DNA of 64,000 bases, taken from positions 62,434,001 through 62,498,000 of the forward strand of contig NC_086383.1 of the NCBI RefSeq assembly GCF_036588685.1, read 5' to 3'. Under the pieces are notes generated by a model, which ran no database searches, was not told the DNA's origin, and saw only the letters and a list, made by a program, of their open reading frames with translations. The DNA is from Mytilus trossulus. Lineage: Eukaryota. Positions 40,674 to 54,149 of the stretch are shown here, in pieces (positions within the stretch are counted from its first letter, which is position 1; each line of letters starts with the position of its first letter). The position numbers were made by a program, and so were the translations under genes.

Positions 40674-41853
40674 TTAGGTCTTTTCACTTTTCTGTGGAAA
40701 GACCTAATGTTTTTCTTTCTATCATTTTTTTTCCGCCTAATTTTGTTCTTGCGATAAGTATTTGTTTTGCAATAGGTCGCTTAGATATTTGGTATATGAT
40801 ATCGAACAGTTTATGCGCTTTTCAAATTTACCCTGCGTAACCGAATACTTTTCTTTGTAGGAGTTATCTCTCCAAACACTGTTTTCCTTGTGTCCACTAC
40901 TCCTTCGCAACCGTAAAAGATTATGAAAAATTTATTTTATAAAATTGCTCTTTACATCCTTCGCATTATTTGTCGTATTTTGACCGAAGCAATATGAACG
41001 TTCCATATGAGAGTTATTTCCCCTTATGCATTTGATATAAGTGATATGCATTTCTATCTTGTAAACCATAAGTGATAGAGACCTAGGATCTTTTGGTTTG
41101 AGGTCCTTGGTAAAAAAAAATGAAAATCAGGTCAGGGTCAAAGGTCAAGGTCATATTCAAAATTTTGAATTTGGCTGATTTTCACTAATTTCCAAAAACC
41201 GTATCAGATATCGACAAATTACTTTTACTAAACTGTTAGTTGCGACATGTCGTTACACATTAATCTTTATCGCAAGGGTACCTTAAACGTAAAAGGGAGT
41301 TTTCTCCCTTTTCGTATTTAAAAATACCCATATAATGATCTAACTCATTAACCAAATATAAGTAACACCTATGGTTTTTTGATTAGAGGTCCTTGGTTTA
41401 TGACCTTGAAATTGATCACAAGGTCATAGCTAAACTTGATGTTTTAGAATTTGACCTTTGATTTTACCTCATATGTATACATGATAAAGCCATGAGACTT
41501 TTGGTTAAAGGTATCAAACCCTTTAACCTTGAAAAAACAACCGGAAGTGACCCTGTGAAAACCGGAAGTGGATATTTTTTGTACTTTCTTCATATAAAAG
41601 TATATTTTTGGAATCAGTGTCAAATAAATATTCAAATATGAACGGGAGTAACATTTTTCAAACCGGAAGTAACAAAATATCTCCCTTATTTAAAAAATAT
41701 TGTATATAAACCATATATTTTTGGAATCAGCGTACACTGAGCTATCATTTGACGATTGAAATTACATTTTAAACTTAATTTTACAACTTTCATATTGAAA
41801 TACATTGTTTTTGGTGGAAAGACCTTCAATTGTTCTCTGAACAATTGGTTTTT
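40674..41853 (+). mobile_element. Helentron-associated interspersed element (HINE/DINE-like)
   Basis: 5' GGTCTTTTCAC with adjacent inverted GTGGAAAGACC; 3' GTGGAAAGACC + palindrome AATTGTTCTCTGAACAATT + T-run; internal TGACCTT/AAGGTCA repeats. Confidence 0.72.
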
Positions 41854-44124
41854 AATTTATAAAGGTTTTCAATTTATTATATGTAACAAAAACAGACGGA
41901 TTATCTTCTCTTGACACTAATTTATATTAACAATGTTTATGTTCTGGATCATGGGTGTCGATGGTCCATAAACTTATACTCATATGGGTCGACCATACGC
42001 TTGTGTCGACAATACGCTTGTGTCGACTATATAAGAATATAATTGGTTAATTGGAGTACTTGGTTATATTAAATTATTCTTAACAAATGCTGTTGATTAT
42101 AACTTCCTCCGCCGGATATTCGAACCAAAATCGACGCGAGTTATTAACTTAAATTATTTATATTTTAAAAATAAGTTGAAACTGATAAAAAAGGGGGGTG
42201 ATTACCCAAAAAAGTTAGTGTATCTGCTGTCTTGCTTTGCCTGGGTCAATACCTGACACATTATGTCAATTAGCACAAGTGTATATACCAAATGATACAA
42301 GGTACATGTACAATAAAATGTTTTATTTGTGTCTGATATTATGTTTCGTTATAAAAAAACGGTAAAGAACTTTGAATGTTTTTACACAATTTCTCGATGA
42401 ATCAGAATATGATTCAATGAGTAAAACTTGATTTTATCATCAACAGTTAAAGTGACTTTCACCATGTTTCTTATTACTTGGTCGGAACATATGAGTAAAT
42501 ATATATACGTATACAATCACTACGATACTTGTATGGTCAATGTACTCATATGGTTCGGAACATTATTAATTGAATTAATGGAAATTCATGTGATAATAAC
42601 GCTGTTGAATTTTGATTCATATCAATAAACAAAGATTTCATGGTAAATAAATGCGAAATTTGAAATTTGAAAGTTTTTAGTGGGGTTGATGTTGCCTTAT
42701 TTCAGTATTCTATGTTGTGTCGTCTGTACTATCATTTAACTGTTTTTTTTGTTGTCATGACCTTGTCAGTTTATTTTGAATCTATGAGTTTGACTGTTCC
42801 TCTGGTATTTTCGTCCTTCTTTTAAACTATGCGTAGTTCCCCTCTTACGATACATGCATCCCGTGCATTAAATCAGAAGTGACATGTTTCTTTCCTCCAT
42901 CTTTTGTAACTGACAAATTGTCTTCACCAAAAAAAATAATTGTTCGAAATTCTGAAGTCATCCCTACCAATCATTATATTGTATTGTGTAGCTGGGTATC
43001 TGTTATTGCAAACAGCTGCCGGATCATTAAGCACAGTATTTCAATGCATGATAAATATATAGTTTTGCGCAACCACATAATAGTTTGAAGAACATATTAT
43101 GACGATAATTTCTGTAAACAGATTTGAACGTGCATTCGTGATTTCAATATGAACTACACTTTTCTTGAATTTACGTTGCTTGTATTTACGTGGATTGATA
43201 GAGATGTTTACTGTTTTCAAGAAAGCATATAAACCAAGGGTTTCTATTGATGCAATTACAAAATTTGACGTTTCCACAATACCGTCTTACTTTCCTCAAA
43301 CGGGACTTACCGCATTATAAGAATTTTCACCGGTTTTTACTAACTTGAGAAATTTTTAGTAATATAATTATGTGGCGCAGGATTTTCTTACCCCACCAGG
43401 AATATTAGATGTAACTATCGTTTTAATGATGGGCTAGTATTACTAAGTGATTAGTTGTCTGTGTTATGTTATATCAAATATAAGCCTTCTTGTAAATCTT
43501 TATTTCTTTCTTTTGCCATGGTTTGTCCGTGTAATTCTACTTATGAGTGTAGTTATCCTATTTGGTATCTTTAATATCTTTTTTTGAATCATATCACATG
43601 ATCATGATGACATTAACATTTTAAAAGAACTCATTAAAGATTTTAAAATCAACATATCATCATGTGGCATGTTATGGAAATACATTATTTTTCTTCTGGA
43701 TGATTTGTTGTACATAAAATAATCTTTTATTTCATAGACAAATAGAACACACAACTCCATGCATATCCAGAAAAATATAAATTCACTCTAGTCTCTCTAA
43801 TTGGTTAGTTGTACACAGTTTGATATTTCTTAACGTTCTTAGTCATGGTATCTCGGGACTTTGAGATTGGTTGTTTGTTATTGATTTTGAACCTGTATAA
43901 TATCCATTTTATATCCATCAACAGTTTTTCCTTATATTCAAATGTTTGTGACCCTAGCAAAATTACACTTGTAAAGTAGAAAGAATGTTCTGCAACATAG
44001 TGTGTTTTTTGATACCTTTTCGTCAAGAAAGTCCGTAAAATTCATAATTTTTTTTCATTACATATTCATGCAGCCATCAGTATTTGTTCCATAATAAAAA
44101 CACAGTTAATAATTTGTTTTTCAG

Positions 44125-44295
44125 GTACCGGTCGCTGTTTGGTCAACTTCTTCTACTACAGAGAACTGGACTTGTGTTATAATTTTGGAACACCTATACC
44201 AGTAATCGATATTCACAAAGACTTCGTGTGTAAAGGAAGTGAGCTTATGCGTATTGATTCTGACACAAGACACGTTTATATCAAGCTAGTTACAG
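44125..44295 (+). CDS. Gene B exon 2: N-terminal half of CTLD
   Basis: Acceptor gtttttcAG at 44123-44124; donor G|GTAATA at 44296; 171 nt; (R)TGRCLVNFFYYRELDLCY...MRIDSDTRHVYIKLVT. Confidence 0.88.
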
Positions 44296-44818
44296 GTAAT
44301 AACAAACTAAAAGGATGTAGCTATTAGTTTAAGATTTAAATGCGTACAAAGGGCTATTTTGCGTTTACCTTCACCAAGACCACCAGAGCCGAATATTTAA
44401 TAGCCAATGATAAACCCTACCGAACAGTTATTAGAGGATTGAAAAATTCTATGAATATTTATTTAAAACCCCTCCATCTACCTTAATATGTGTAAGTGAT
44501 AGATCCGTATATATCCTTACATTGCCAATATGAAATGTTATAGAATCAATCCGATTGGATGGTTTTTTTTATATTGATGGAAATCCCGACAAAAAATATA
44601 TATTTCCACAATAATTATGTTTCAATCGTTTGCAGTCTTAATATATCGGTAGTTCTTTTCTTAAAAGAATATAATGTTCTTGACAACCTTGACAATCTTA
44701 ATATATCGGTAGTTCTTTTCCTAAAACAATAGAATGTCCTCGACAACCTTGACAATCTTAATATATCGGTAGTTTCCTTGAACGATATAATGTCCTTAAC
44801 AAACTTGACAATCTTAAT

Positions 44819-45072
44819 AGATATAGGAAGATGTGGTGTGAGTGCCAATGAGATAACTCTCCATCCAAATAACAATTTAAAAAGTAAACCATTATAGGTT
44901 AAAGTACGGCCTTCAACACGGAGCCTTGGCTTACACCGAACAACAAGCTATAAAGGGCCCAAAAATTACTAGTGTAAAACCATTCAATCGGGAAAACCAA
45001 CTGTCTAATCTATATAAACAAAACGAGAAACGAGAAACACGTATATATTACATAAACAAACGACAACTACTG
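44819..45072. repeat. SINE-like interspersed repeat family Y inserted in the satellite (related copies ~7375-7510, 10175-10500, 20055-20160, 28690-29040, 30561-30830, 33801-33965, 57300-57510)
   Basis: Shared GAAGATGTGGTrTGAkTGCCAATGAGAyAACTCTCCA...TATAGGT..GTACGGCCTTCAACA. Confidence 0.75.
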
Positions 45073-48000
45073 TAATGTATTGGTAGTTCTTTTCCTAAAA
45101 CGATAGAATGTCAAAGACAACCTCGAAAAAATCTTAATATATCGGTAGTTTCCTTAAACGATATAATGTCCTTGACAACCTTGACAATCTTAATATATCG
45201 GAAGTTCTTTTCCTGAAACGATAGAATGTCAATGACAACCTTGAAAATATCTTAATATATTGGTAGTTTCCTTAAACGATAGAATATCCTTGGCAACATT
45301 GACAATCTTTATATATCGGTAGTTCTTTTCCTAAAACGACAGACTGACTTTTACAATCTTAACAACCTCAATATATCGGAAGTACATTTCCTAAAGCTAA
45401 AGAATGTAGCAACTTGACAAACTTAAAATATCGGTAGTTATTTTCCTAAAACAAATGAATGTCTTTGACAACCTTGAAATTCTTAAAATATCCGTAGTTC
45501 TTTTCCTTTAACAGTAGGATGCTCATGACAAACTTGAAAATCTGAATAGACCGGTAGTTCTTTTCCTAAAATGATTTTATGTCCTTGACAATCTTAATAT
45601 ATCGGTAGTTCTTTTCGTGAAACGACAAAAGTCCATGACAACATTGACAATCTTAAAATAACGGTTGTTTTTTTTCCCTAAAACGTTAATATGTGCTTGA
45701 CAACTTGACATTCGTAATGTATCGAGTTTTTTTCCTTAAACGATTGAATATTCTTGACAACCTTAAAATTCTTAATATATCGGTAGTACTTTTCCTTAAA
45801 CGATAGAACGTCGCTGACAGCCTTAACAACCTTATCATATCGGTAATTCTTTTCCTTAAACGATAGAATGTCATTGATAACCTTGACATTCTTAATACAT
45901 GTATATCGGTAGTTATTTTATTCTTAAACAATAGAAAGTCCTTTACAACCTTGAAAATTTAATTAGTTCTTTTCCTAAAACGATAGAATGTCCACGACAA
46001 CCTTGAAAATCTTTATATATCGGTAGTTATTTTCCGTAAACGATAAAAGTTCCTTGGCAACATTGACAATTTTTATATATCGGTAGTTTATTTCCTAAAG
46101 CAACAGCATGTCCTTGACAGCCTTGACATTCTTAATATAACGGTTGTTTTTTCCTTAAACGATAGAATGTCCTTGTCAACCTTGACAATCTTAATATATC
46201 GGTAGTTATTTTCCTAAAACGATAGGGAACCTTAACGATTTTAATATATCGGTAGTTCTTTTCCTAAAACGATAGAATGTCCTTCACAACCTTGAAAATC
46301 TTTATATATCGGTAGTTATTTTCCCTAAACGATAATAGGTCCTTGGCAACATTGATAATTTTTATATATCGGCAGTTTATTTCCTAAAGCGACAGAATGT
46401 CCTTGACAGCCTTGACATTCTTATTATAACGTTTTTTTTCCCTTAAAAGATAGAATGTCCTTGTCAACCTTCGCAATCTTAATATATCGGTAGTTTTTTT
46501 CCCTAAACGATAATAGGTCCTTGGCAACATTGATAATTTTTATATATCCGTAATTTATTTCCTAAAGCGACATAATGTCCTTGACAGCCTTGACATTCTT
46601 AATATAACGGTTTTTTCCCATAAACGATAGAATGTCCTTGACAACCTCGAACAAATCTTAATATATCGGTAGTTTCTTTAAACGATATAATGTCCTTGAC
46701 AACCTTGACAATCTTAATATATCGGAAGTTCTTTTCCTAAAACGATAGAATGTTAATGACAACCTTGAAAAAATCTTAATATATCGGTAGTTTCCTTAAA
46801 CGATAGAATATCCTTGGCAACATTGACAATCTTTATATATCGGTAGTTCTTTTCCTAAATTGACAGACTGACTTTTACAATCTTAACAACCTCAATATAT
46901 CGGAAGTACATTTCCTAAAGCTATAGAATGTAGCAACTTGACAAACTTAAAATATCGGTAGTTATTTTCCTAAAACAAATGAATGTCTTTGACAACCTTG
47001 AAATTCTTAAAATATCCGTAGTTCTTTTCCTTTAACAGTAGGATGCCCATGACAAACTTGAAAATCTGAATAGATCGGTAGTTCTTTTCCTAAAACGATT
47101 TTATGTCCTTGACAATCTTAATATATCGGTAGTTCTTTTCGTGAAACGACAAAAGTCCATGACAACATTGACAATCTTAAAATAACGGTTGTTTTTTTCA
47201 CAAAACGTTAATATGTGCTTGACAACTTGACATTCGTAATGTATCTATTTTTTTTCCTTAAACGATTGAATATTCTTGACAACCTTAAAATTCTTAATAT
47301 ATCGGTAGTTCTTTTCCTTAAACGATAGAATGTCGCTGACAGCCTTAACAACCTTATCCTATCGGTAATTCTTTTCCTTCAACGATAGAATGTCATTGAT
47401 AACCTTGACATTCTTAATACATGTATATCGGTAGTTATTTTATTCTTAAACAATAGAAAGTCCTTTACAACCTTGAAAATTTAATTAGTTCTTTTCCTAA
47501 AACGATAGAATGTCCACGACAACCTTGAAAATCTTTATATATCGGTAGTTATTTTCCGTAAACGATAAAAGGTCCTTGGCAACATTGACAATTTTTATAT
47601 ATCGGTAGTTTATTTCCTAAAGCAACAGAATGTCCTTGACAGCCTTGACATTCTTAATATAACGGTTGTTTTTTTCCTTAAACGATAGAATGTCCTTGTC
47701 AACCTTGACAATCTTAATATATCGGTAGTTATTTTCCTAAAACGATAGGGAACCTTAACGATTTTAATATATCGGTAGTTCTTTTCCTAAAACGATAGAA
47801 TGTCCTTCACAACCTTAAAAATCTTTATATATCGGTAGTTATTTTCCCTAAACGATAATAGGTCCTTGGCAACATTGATAATTTTTATATATCGGCAGTT
47901 TATTTCCTAAAGCGACAGAATGTCCTTGACAGCCTTGACATTCTTATTATAACGTTTTTTTTTCCTTAAAAGATAGAATGTCCTTGTCAACCTTGACAAT

Positions 48001-51000
48001 CTTAATATATCGGTAGTTTTTTTCCCTAAACGATAATAGGTCCTTGGCAACATTGATAATTTTTATATATCCGTAATTTATTTCCTAAAGCGACATAATG
48101 TCCTTGACAGCTTTGACATTCTTAATATAACGTTTTTTTCCCTTAAACGATAGAATGTCCTTGACAACCTCGAAAAAATCTTAATATATCGGTAGTTTCC
48201 TTAAACGATATAATGTCCTTGACAACCTTGACAATCTTAATATATCGGAAGTTCTTTTCCTAAAACGATAGAATGTTAATGACACCCTTGAAAAAATCTT
48301 AATATATCGGTAGTTTCCTTAAACGATATAATGTCCTTGACAACCTTGCCAATCTTAATATATCGGAAGTTCTTTTCCTAAAACGATAGAATGTTAATGA
48401 CAACATTGACAATCTTTATATATCGGTAGTTCTTTTCCTAAAATGACAGACTGACTTTTACAATCTTAACAACCTCAATATATCGGAAGTTCATTTCCTA
48501 AAGCAATAGAATGTAGCAACTTGACAAACTTAAAATATCGGTAGTTATTTTCCTAAAACAAATGAATGTCTTTGACAACCTTGAAATTCTTAAAATATCC
48601 GTAGTTCTTTTCCTTTAACAGTAGGATGCCCATGACAAACTTGAAAATCTGAATAGATCGGTAGTTCTTTTCCTAAAACGATTTTATGTCCTTGACAATC
48701 TTAATATATCGGTAGTTCTTTTCGTGAAACGACAAAAGTCCATGACAACATTGACAATCTTAATATAACGTTGTTTTTTTTTCCTAAAGCGTTAATATGT
48801 GCTTGACAACTTGACATTCGTAATGTATCTATTTTTTTTCCTTAAACGATTGAATATTCTTGACAACCTTAAAATTCTTAATATATCGATAGTTCTTTTC
48901 CTTAAACGATAGAATGTCGCTGACAGCCTTAACAACCTGATCATATCAGTTTCTTTTCCTTAAACGATAGAATGCCATTGATCACCCTGACATTCTTAAT
49001 ACATGTATATCGGTAGTTATTTTTTTCTTAAACAATAGAAAGTCCTTTACAACCTTGAAAATCTTATTAGTTCTTTTCCTAAAACGATAGAATGTCCACG
49101 ACAACCTTGAAAAACTTTATATATCGGTAGTTATTTTCCTTAAACGATAAAAGGTCCTTGGCAACATTGATAATTTTTATGTATCGGTAGTTTATTTCTT
49201 AAAGCAACAGAATGTCCTTGACAGCCTTGACATTCTTAATATAACGGTTGTTTTTTCCTAAAACGATAGAATGTCCTTGTCAACCTTGACAATATTAATA
49301 TATCGGTAGTTATTTTCCTAAAACGATAGGGAACCTTAACGATTTTAATATATCGGTAGTTCTTTTCCTAAAACGATAGAATGTCCTTCACAACCTTGAA
49401 AATCTTTATATATCGGTAGTTATTTTCCCTAAACGATAATAGGTCCTTGGCAACATTGATAATTTTTATATATCGGCAGTTTATTTCCTAAAGCGACAGA
49501 ATGTCCTTGACAGCCTTGACATTCTTATTATAACGTTTTTTTACCCTTAAACGATAGAATGTCCTTGTCAACCTTGACAATCTTAATAGATCGGTAGTTT
49601 TTTTCCCTAAACAATAATAGGTCCTTGGCAACATTGATAGTTTTTATATATCGGTAGTTTATTTCCTAAAGCGACATAATGTCCTTGACAGCCTTGACAT
49701 TCTTAATATAACGGTTTTGTTCCCTTAAACGATAGAATGTCCTTGACAACGTACATTTACAGTTTAATATAACTTTAGTTTTTTTTTTCTTAAACGATAT
49801 AATGTCCTTGACAACCTTGGCAATCTTAATATATCGGAAGTTCTTTTCCTAAAACGATAGAATGTCAATGACAACCTTGAAAAAATCTTAATACATCGGT
49901 AGTTTCCTTGAACGATAGAATATCCTTGGCAACATTGACAATCTTTATATATCGGTAGTTCTTTTCCTAAAACGACAGACTGTCTTTTACAATCTTAACA
50001 ACCTCAATATATCGGAAGTTCATTTCTTAAAGCTATAGAATGTAGCAACTTGAGAAACTTAAAATATCGGTAGTTATTTTCCTAAAAACAAATGAATGTC
50101 TTTGACAACCTTGAAATTCTTAAAATATCCGTAGTTCTTTTCCTTTAACAGTAGGGTGCCCATGACAAACTTGAAAATCTTAATAGATCGGTAGTTCTTT
50201 TCCTAAAACTATTCTATGTCCTTGACAATCTTAATATATCGATAGTTCTTTTAGTGAAACGACAAAAGTCCATGACAACATTGACAATCTTAATATAACG
50301 GTTGTTTTTTCCTAAAACGTTAATATGTGCTTGACAACTTGACATTCGTAATGTATCGAGTTTTTTCCTTAAACGATAGAATATTCTTGAAAACCTTAAA
50401 ATTCTTAATATATCGGTAGTTCTTTTCCTCAAACGATAGAATGTCGCTGACAGCCTTAACAACCTTATCATATCGGTAATTCTTTTCCTTCAACGATAGA
50501 ATGTCATTGATAACCTTGACATTCTTAATACATGTATATCGGTAGTTATTTTTTCTTAAACAATAGAAAGTCCTTTACAACCTTGAAAGTCTTATAAGTT
50601 CTTTTCCTAAAACGAGAGAATGTCCACGACAACCTTGAAAATCTTTATATATTGGTAGTTATTTTCCTTAAACGATAATAGGTCCTTGGCAACATTGACA
50701 ATTTTTATATATCGGTAGTTTATTTCCTAAAGCAACAGAATGTCCTTGACAGCCTTGACATTCTTAATATAACGGTTGTTTTTTCCTAAAACGATAGAAT
50801 GTCCTTGTCAACCTTGACAATCTTAATATATCGGTAGTTATTTTCCTAAAACGACAGGGAACCTTAACGATTTTTAATATATCGGTAGTTCTTTTCCTAA
50901 AACGATATAATGTCCTTCACAACCTTGACAATCTTTATATATCGGAAGTTATTTTCCCTAAACGATAATAGGTCCTTGGCAACATTGACAATTTTTATAT

Positions 51001-52464
51001 ATCGGTAGTTTATTTCCTAAAGCGACAGAATGTCCTTGACAGCCTTGACATTCTTAATATAACGGTTGTTTTTTCCTTAAACGATAGAATGTCCTTGTCA
51101 ACCTTGACAATCTAAATATATCGGTAATTATTTTCCCTAAACGATAATAGGTCCTTGGCAACATTGATAATTTTTATATATCGGTAGTTTATTTCCTAAA
51201 GCGACATAATGTCCTTGACAGCCTTGACATTCTTAATATAACGGTTGTTTTTTCCTAAAACGATAGAATGTCCTTGTCAACTTTGACAATCTTAATATAT
51301 CGGTAGTTATTTTCCTAAAACGACAGGGAACCTTAACGATTTTTAATATATCGGTAGTTCTTTTCCTAAAACGATATAATGTCCTTCACAACCTTGACAA
51401 TCTTTATATATCGGAAGTTATTTTCCATAAACGATAATAGGTCCTTGGCAACATTGACAATTTTTATATATCGGTAGTTTATTTCCTAAAGCGACAGAAT
51501 GTCCTTGACAGCCTTGACATTCTTAATATAACCGTTTTTTTTTCCTTAAACGATAGAATGTCCTTGTCAACCTTGACAATCTAAATATATCGGTAATTAT
51601 TTTCCCTAAACGATAATAGGTCCTTGGCAACATTGATAATTTTTATATATCGGTAGTTTATTTCCTAAAGCGACATAATGTCCTTGACAGCCTTGACATT
51701 CTTAATATAACGAATTTTTCCCCTTAAACGATAAAATGTCCTTGACAACGTTCATTTACAGTTTAATAGAACGTTAGCTTTTTTTTCCTAAAACTAAAGA
51801 ATGTCTTTGGCAACATTGACAATCTTAACATATCTGTAGTTGTTTTCCCCAAACGATAGAATGTCCCTGACAGCCTTAACAACCTTATGCTATCGGTAAT
51901 TCTTTTCCTTAAACGATAGAATGTCATTGAGAACCTTGACATTCCTAATACATTGGTAGTTATTTTTCTAAAACAATAGAATGTGCTTTACAACCTAGAC
52001 ATCTTCAATATGACGGTTGTTTTTTTTCCTTAAACGATAGAATAGTCTTGTCAACCTTGACAATCTTAATATATCGGTAGTTATTTTCCCTAAACGATAG
52101 TAGGTCCTTGGCAACATTGACAATTTTTTATATATTGGTAGTTTATTTCCTAAAGCAAGATAATGTCCTTGACAGCCTTGACATTCTTAATATAACTGTT
52201 GTTTTTCCTTAAACGATACAATGTCTTTGTCAACCTTGACAATCTTAATATATCGGTAGTTATCTTCCCTAAACGATAGTTGGTCCTTGGCAACATTGAC
52301 AATATTGATATATCAGTATTCTTTTCCTAAAACTATAGAATGTCCTTGGCAACATTGACAATCTTAACGTATCGGTAATTTTTTTCCTAAAACATTAGAA
52401 TGCACTTTACATCTTGACATTCTTAATGTATCTAATTTTTTTTCCTTAAGCGATAGAATATTCT

Positions 52465-52848
52465 AAATTATAATCCTAGTACCTTTGATAATTATTTACA
52501 CCACTGGGTCGATGCCACTGCTGGTGGATGTTTCGTCCCCGAGGGTATCACCAGCCCAGTAGTCAGCACTTCGGTGTTGACATGAATATTAATTATGTGG
52601 TCATTTTTATAAATTTACTGGTTACAAAACTTTGAATTTTTCGAAAAGCTAAGGATTTTCTTATCCCAGGAATAGATAACCTTAGCTGTATTTGGCACAA
52701 CTTTTTGGAATTTTGGATTCTCAATGGTCTTCAACTTCGTACTTGTTTGGCTTTATAAATATTTTGATATGAGCGTCACTGATGAGTCTTATGTAGACGA
52801 AACGCGCGTCTGGCGTACTAAATTATAATCCCGGTACCTTTGATAACT
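52465..52848 (+). mobile_element. Non-LTR retrozyme-like element, family 1 (355-nt monomer + ~29-nt terminal redundancy)
   Basis: AAATTATAATCCyrGTACCTTTGATAAyT repeats 355 nt apart; inserted in the satellite with flanking ATATTCT duplication (52458-52464 / 52849-52855); contains an intact HHR. Confidence 0.85.
52773..52816 (+). ncRNA. Type I hammerhead ribozyme with minimal palindromic stem III (intact core)
   Basis: GCGTCA-CTGATGA-GTCT(TATGT)AGAC-GAAA-CGCGCG-TC^TGGCGT: stem I GCGUCA/UGGCGU, stem II GUCU/AGAC, predicted cleavage after GUC at 52810. Confidence 0.88.
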
Positions 52849-53361
52849 ATATTCTTGACAACCTTGACATTCTTAATATATCGGTAGTTGTTTTCCCCGA
52901 ACGATAGAATGTCCCTGACAGCCTTAACAACCTTATTATATCGGTAATTCTTTTCATTAAACGATATAATGTCATTGACAACCTTGACATTCTTAATATA
53001 TCGGAAGTTATTTTTCTTAAACAATAGAATTACCTTTACAACCTTGAAAATCTTATTATATCTGTAAATCTTTTCCTTCAACGATTGAATGTCATTGACA
53101 ACATTGACAATCTTAAAATATCGGTAGTTATTTTTCCTAAACGATAGTAGGTCCTTGGCTACATTGACAAGCTTGATATATCGGTAGTGTATTCCCTAAA
53201 ACTATAGAATATCTTTGGCAACAATGATAATCTTAACATATCGGGAATTGTTTTCCTAAAACGATAGAATGTCCTTGACAACCTTGATTATCTTGATATA
53301 TCGGTAGTTATGTCCTATAATGTTGAATCAGAATAATATCAGATACTCCTGCAACTCATAA

Positions 53362-53504
53362 GCACAACTTTTATGAATCTGGATCATCAATGCTCTTCAA
53401 CTTCGTACTTGTTTGGCTTTATGATATTTTGTTATGAACGTTACTGAGGTAGACGAAACGCGCGTCTTGCGTACTAAATTATAATCCTGGTACATTTGAT
53501 AACT
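53362..53504 (+). mobile_element. Family 1 retrozyme fragment (HHR core partly deleted)
   Basis: ...TTACTGAGGTAGACGAAACGCGCGTCTTGCGTACTAAATTATAATCCTGGTAC. Confidence 0.7.
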
Positions 53505-53587
53505 TTTTATCTTGACAGTGCCATGTACTTGATACAAGTTTTCTAAATTGAACTTAAATATCCTGAGTATTAGCATACCGTCATTTA

Positions 53588-54149
53588 TGGCATACAATAC
53601 AGTTACATGGGAGGTAATGACGATGCTAACGAAAAATGGTTTATTCGCGACGTCAAAACTATGACGTATCGGGAAAAGATGCATTTTCGACTGATTTATA
53701 TCGTTCAAACTCATTTAATTTGAAAACGAGTGGACCCCTATTTTTAAAAACGAGATTTTGTTTTATTTTGCAGGGAGATTATGTGGACCAAATTTTATAA
53801 AACTGTAAAAAGTGCATTTTTTTAAATTAAATAAACAACAAAAAAATCTTTTTTTCTCTCAAATTTTGACCATTTGATAAATATGACTTATTTTTGAATA
53901 AGAAATGCATAAATTTTTAAAATTTAAAAAAAAACAAAAAATTACAAATTAAGGACATTAATGTTTATCTTTTTAAACAAAAACAATATGGATTTCTTTC
54001 GAAAGGAAAAGACGGCCATAAATCCGAATTTAAAAGTACCACATTAAGGTATTTTTTTTTTAAATATTTGAATTAATCAGGCAAAAGCTAGCCAATATAG
54101 AAATGTTCGTCAAACTGTAAATACGGGACCAAAACTGTATCGTATGCCC
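53588..54149. mobile_element. TIR element, probably TTAA-targeting
   Basis: GGCATACAATACAGTT ... AACTGTATCGTATGCCC-TTAA. Confidence 0.55.

Larger units (their letters stand above)
44630..53315. repeat. ~60-bp satellite array (~8.7 kb) with higher-order repeats, inside gene B intron 2
   Basis: Unit AAACGATAGAATGTCCTTGACAACCTTGACAATCTTAATATATCGGTAGTTCTTTTCCTA; variant TGTAGCAAC recurs at 45405, 46929, 48512 and 50041. Confidence 0.95.

Noticed and set aside
44615-53081. Repetitive ORFs (44615, 45686, 50214, 52818; also 35926/35951 and 32152/32180)
   Set aside because: Translations of satellite or microsatellite DNA with frequent frameshifts
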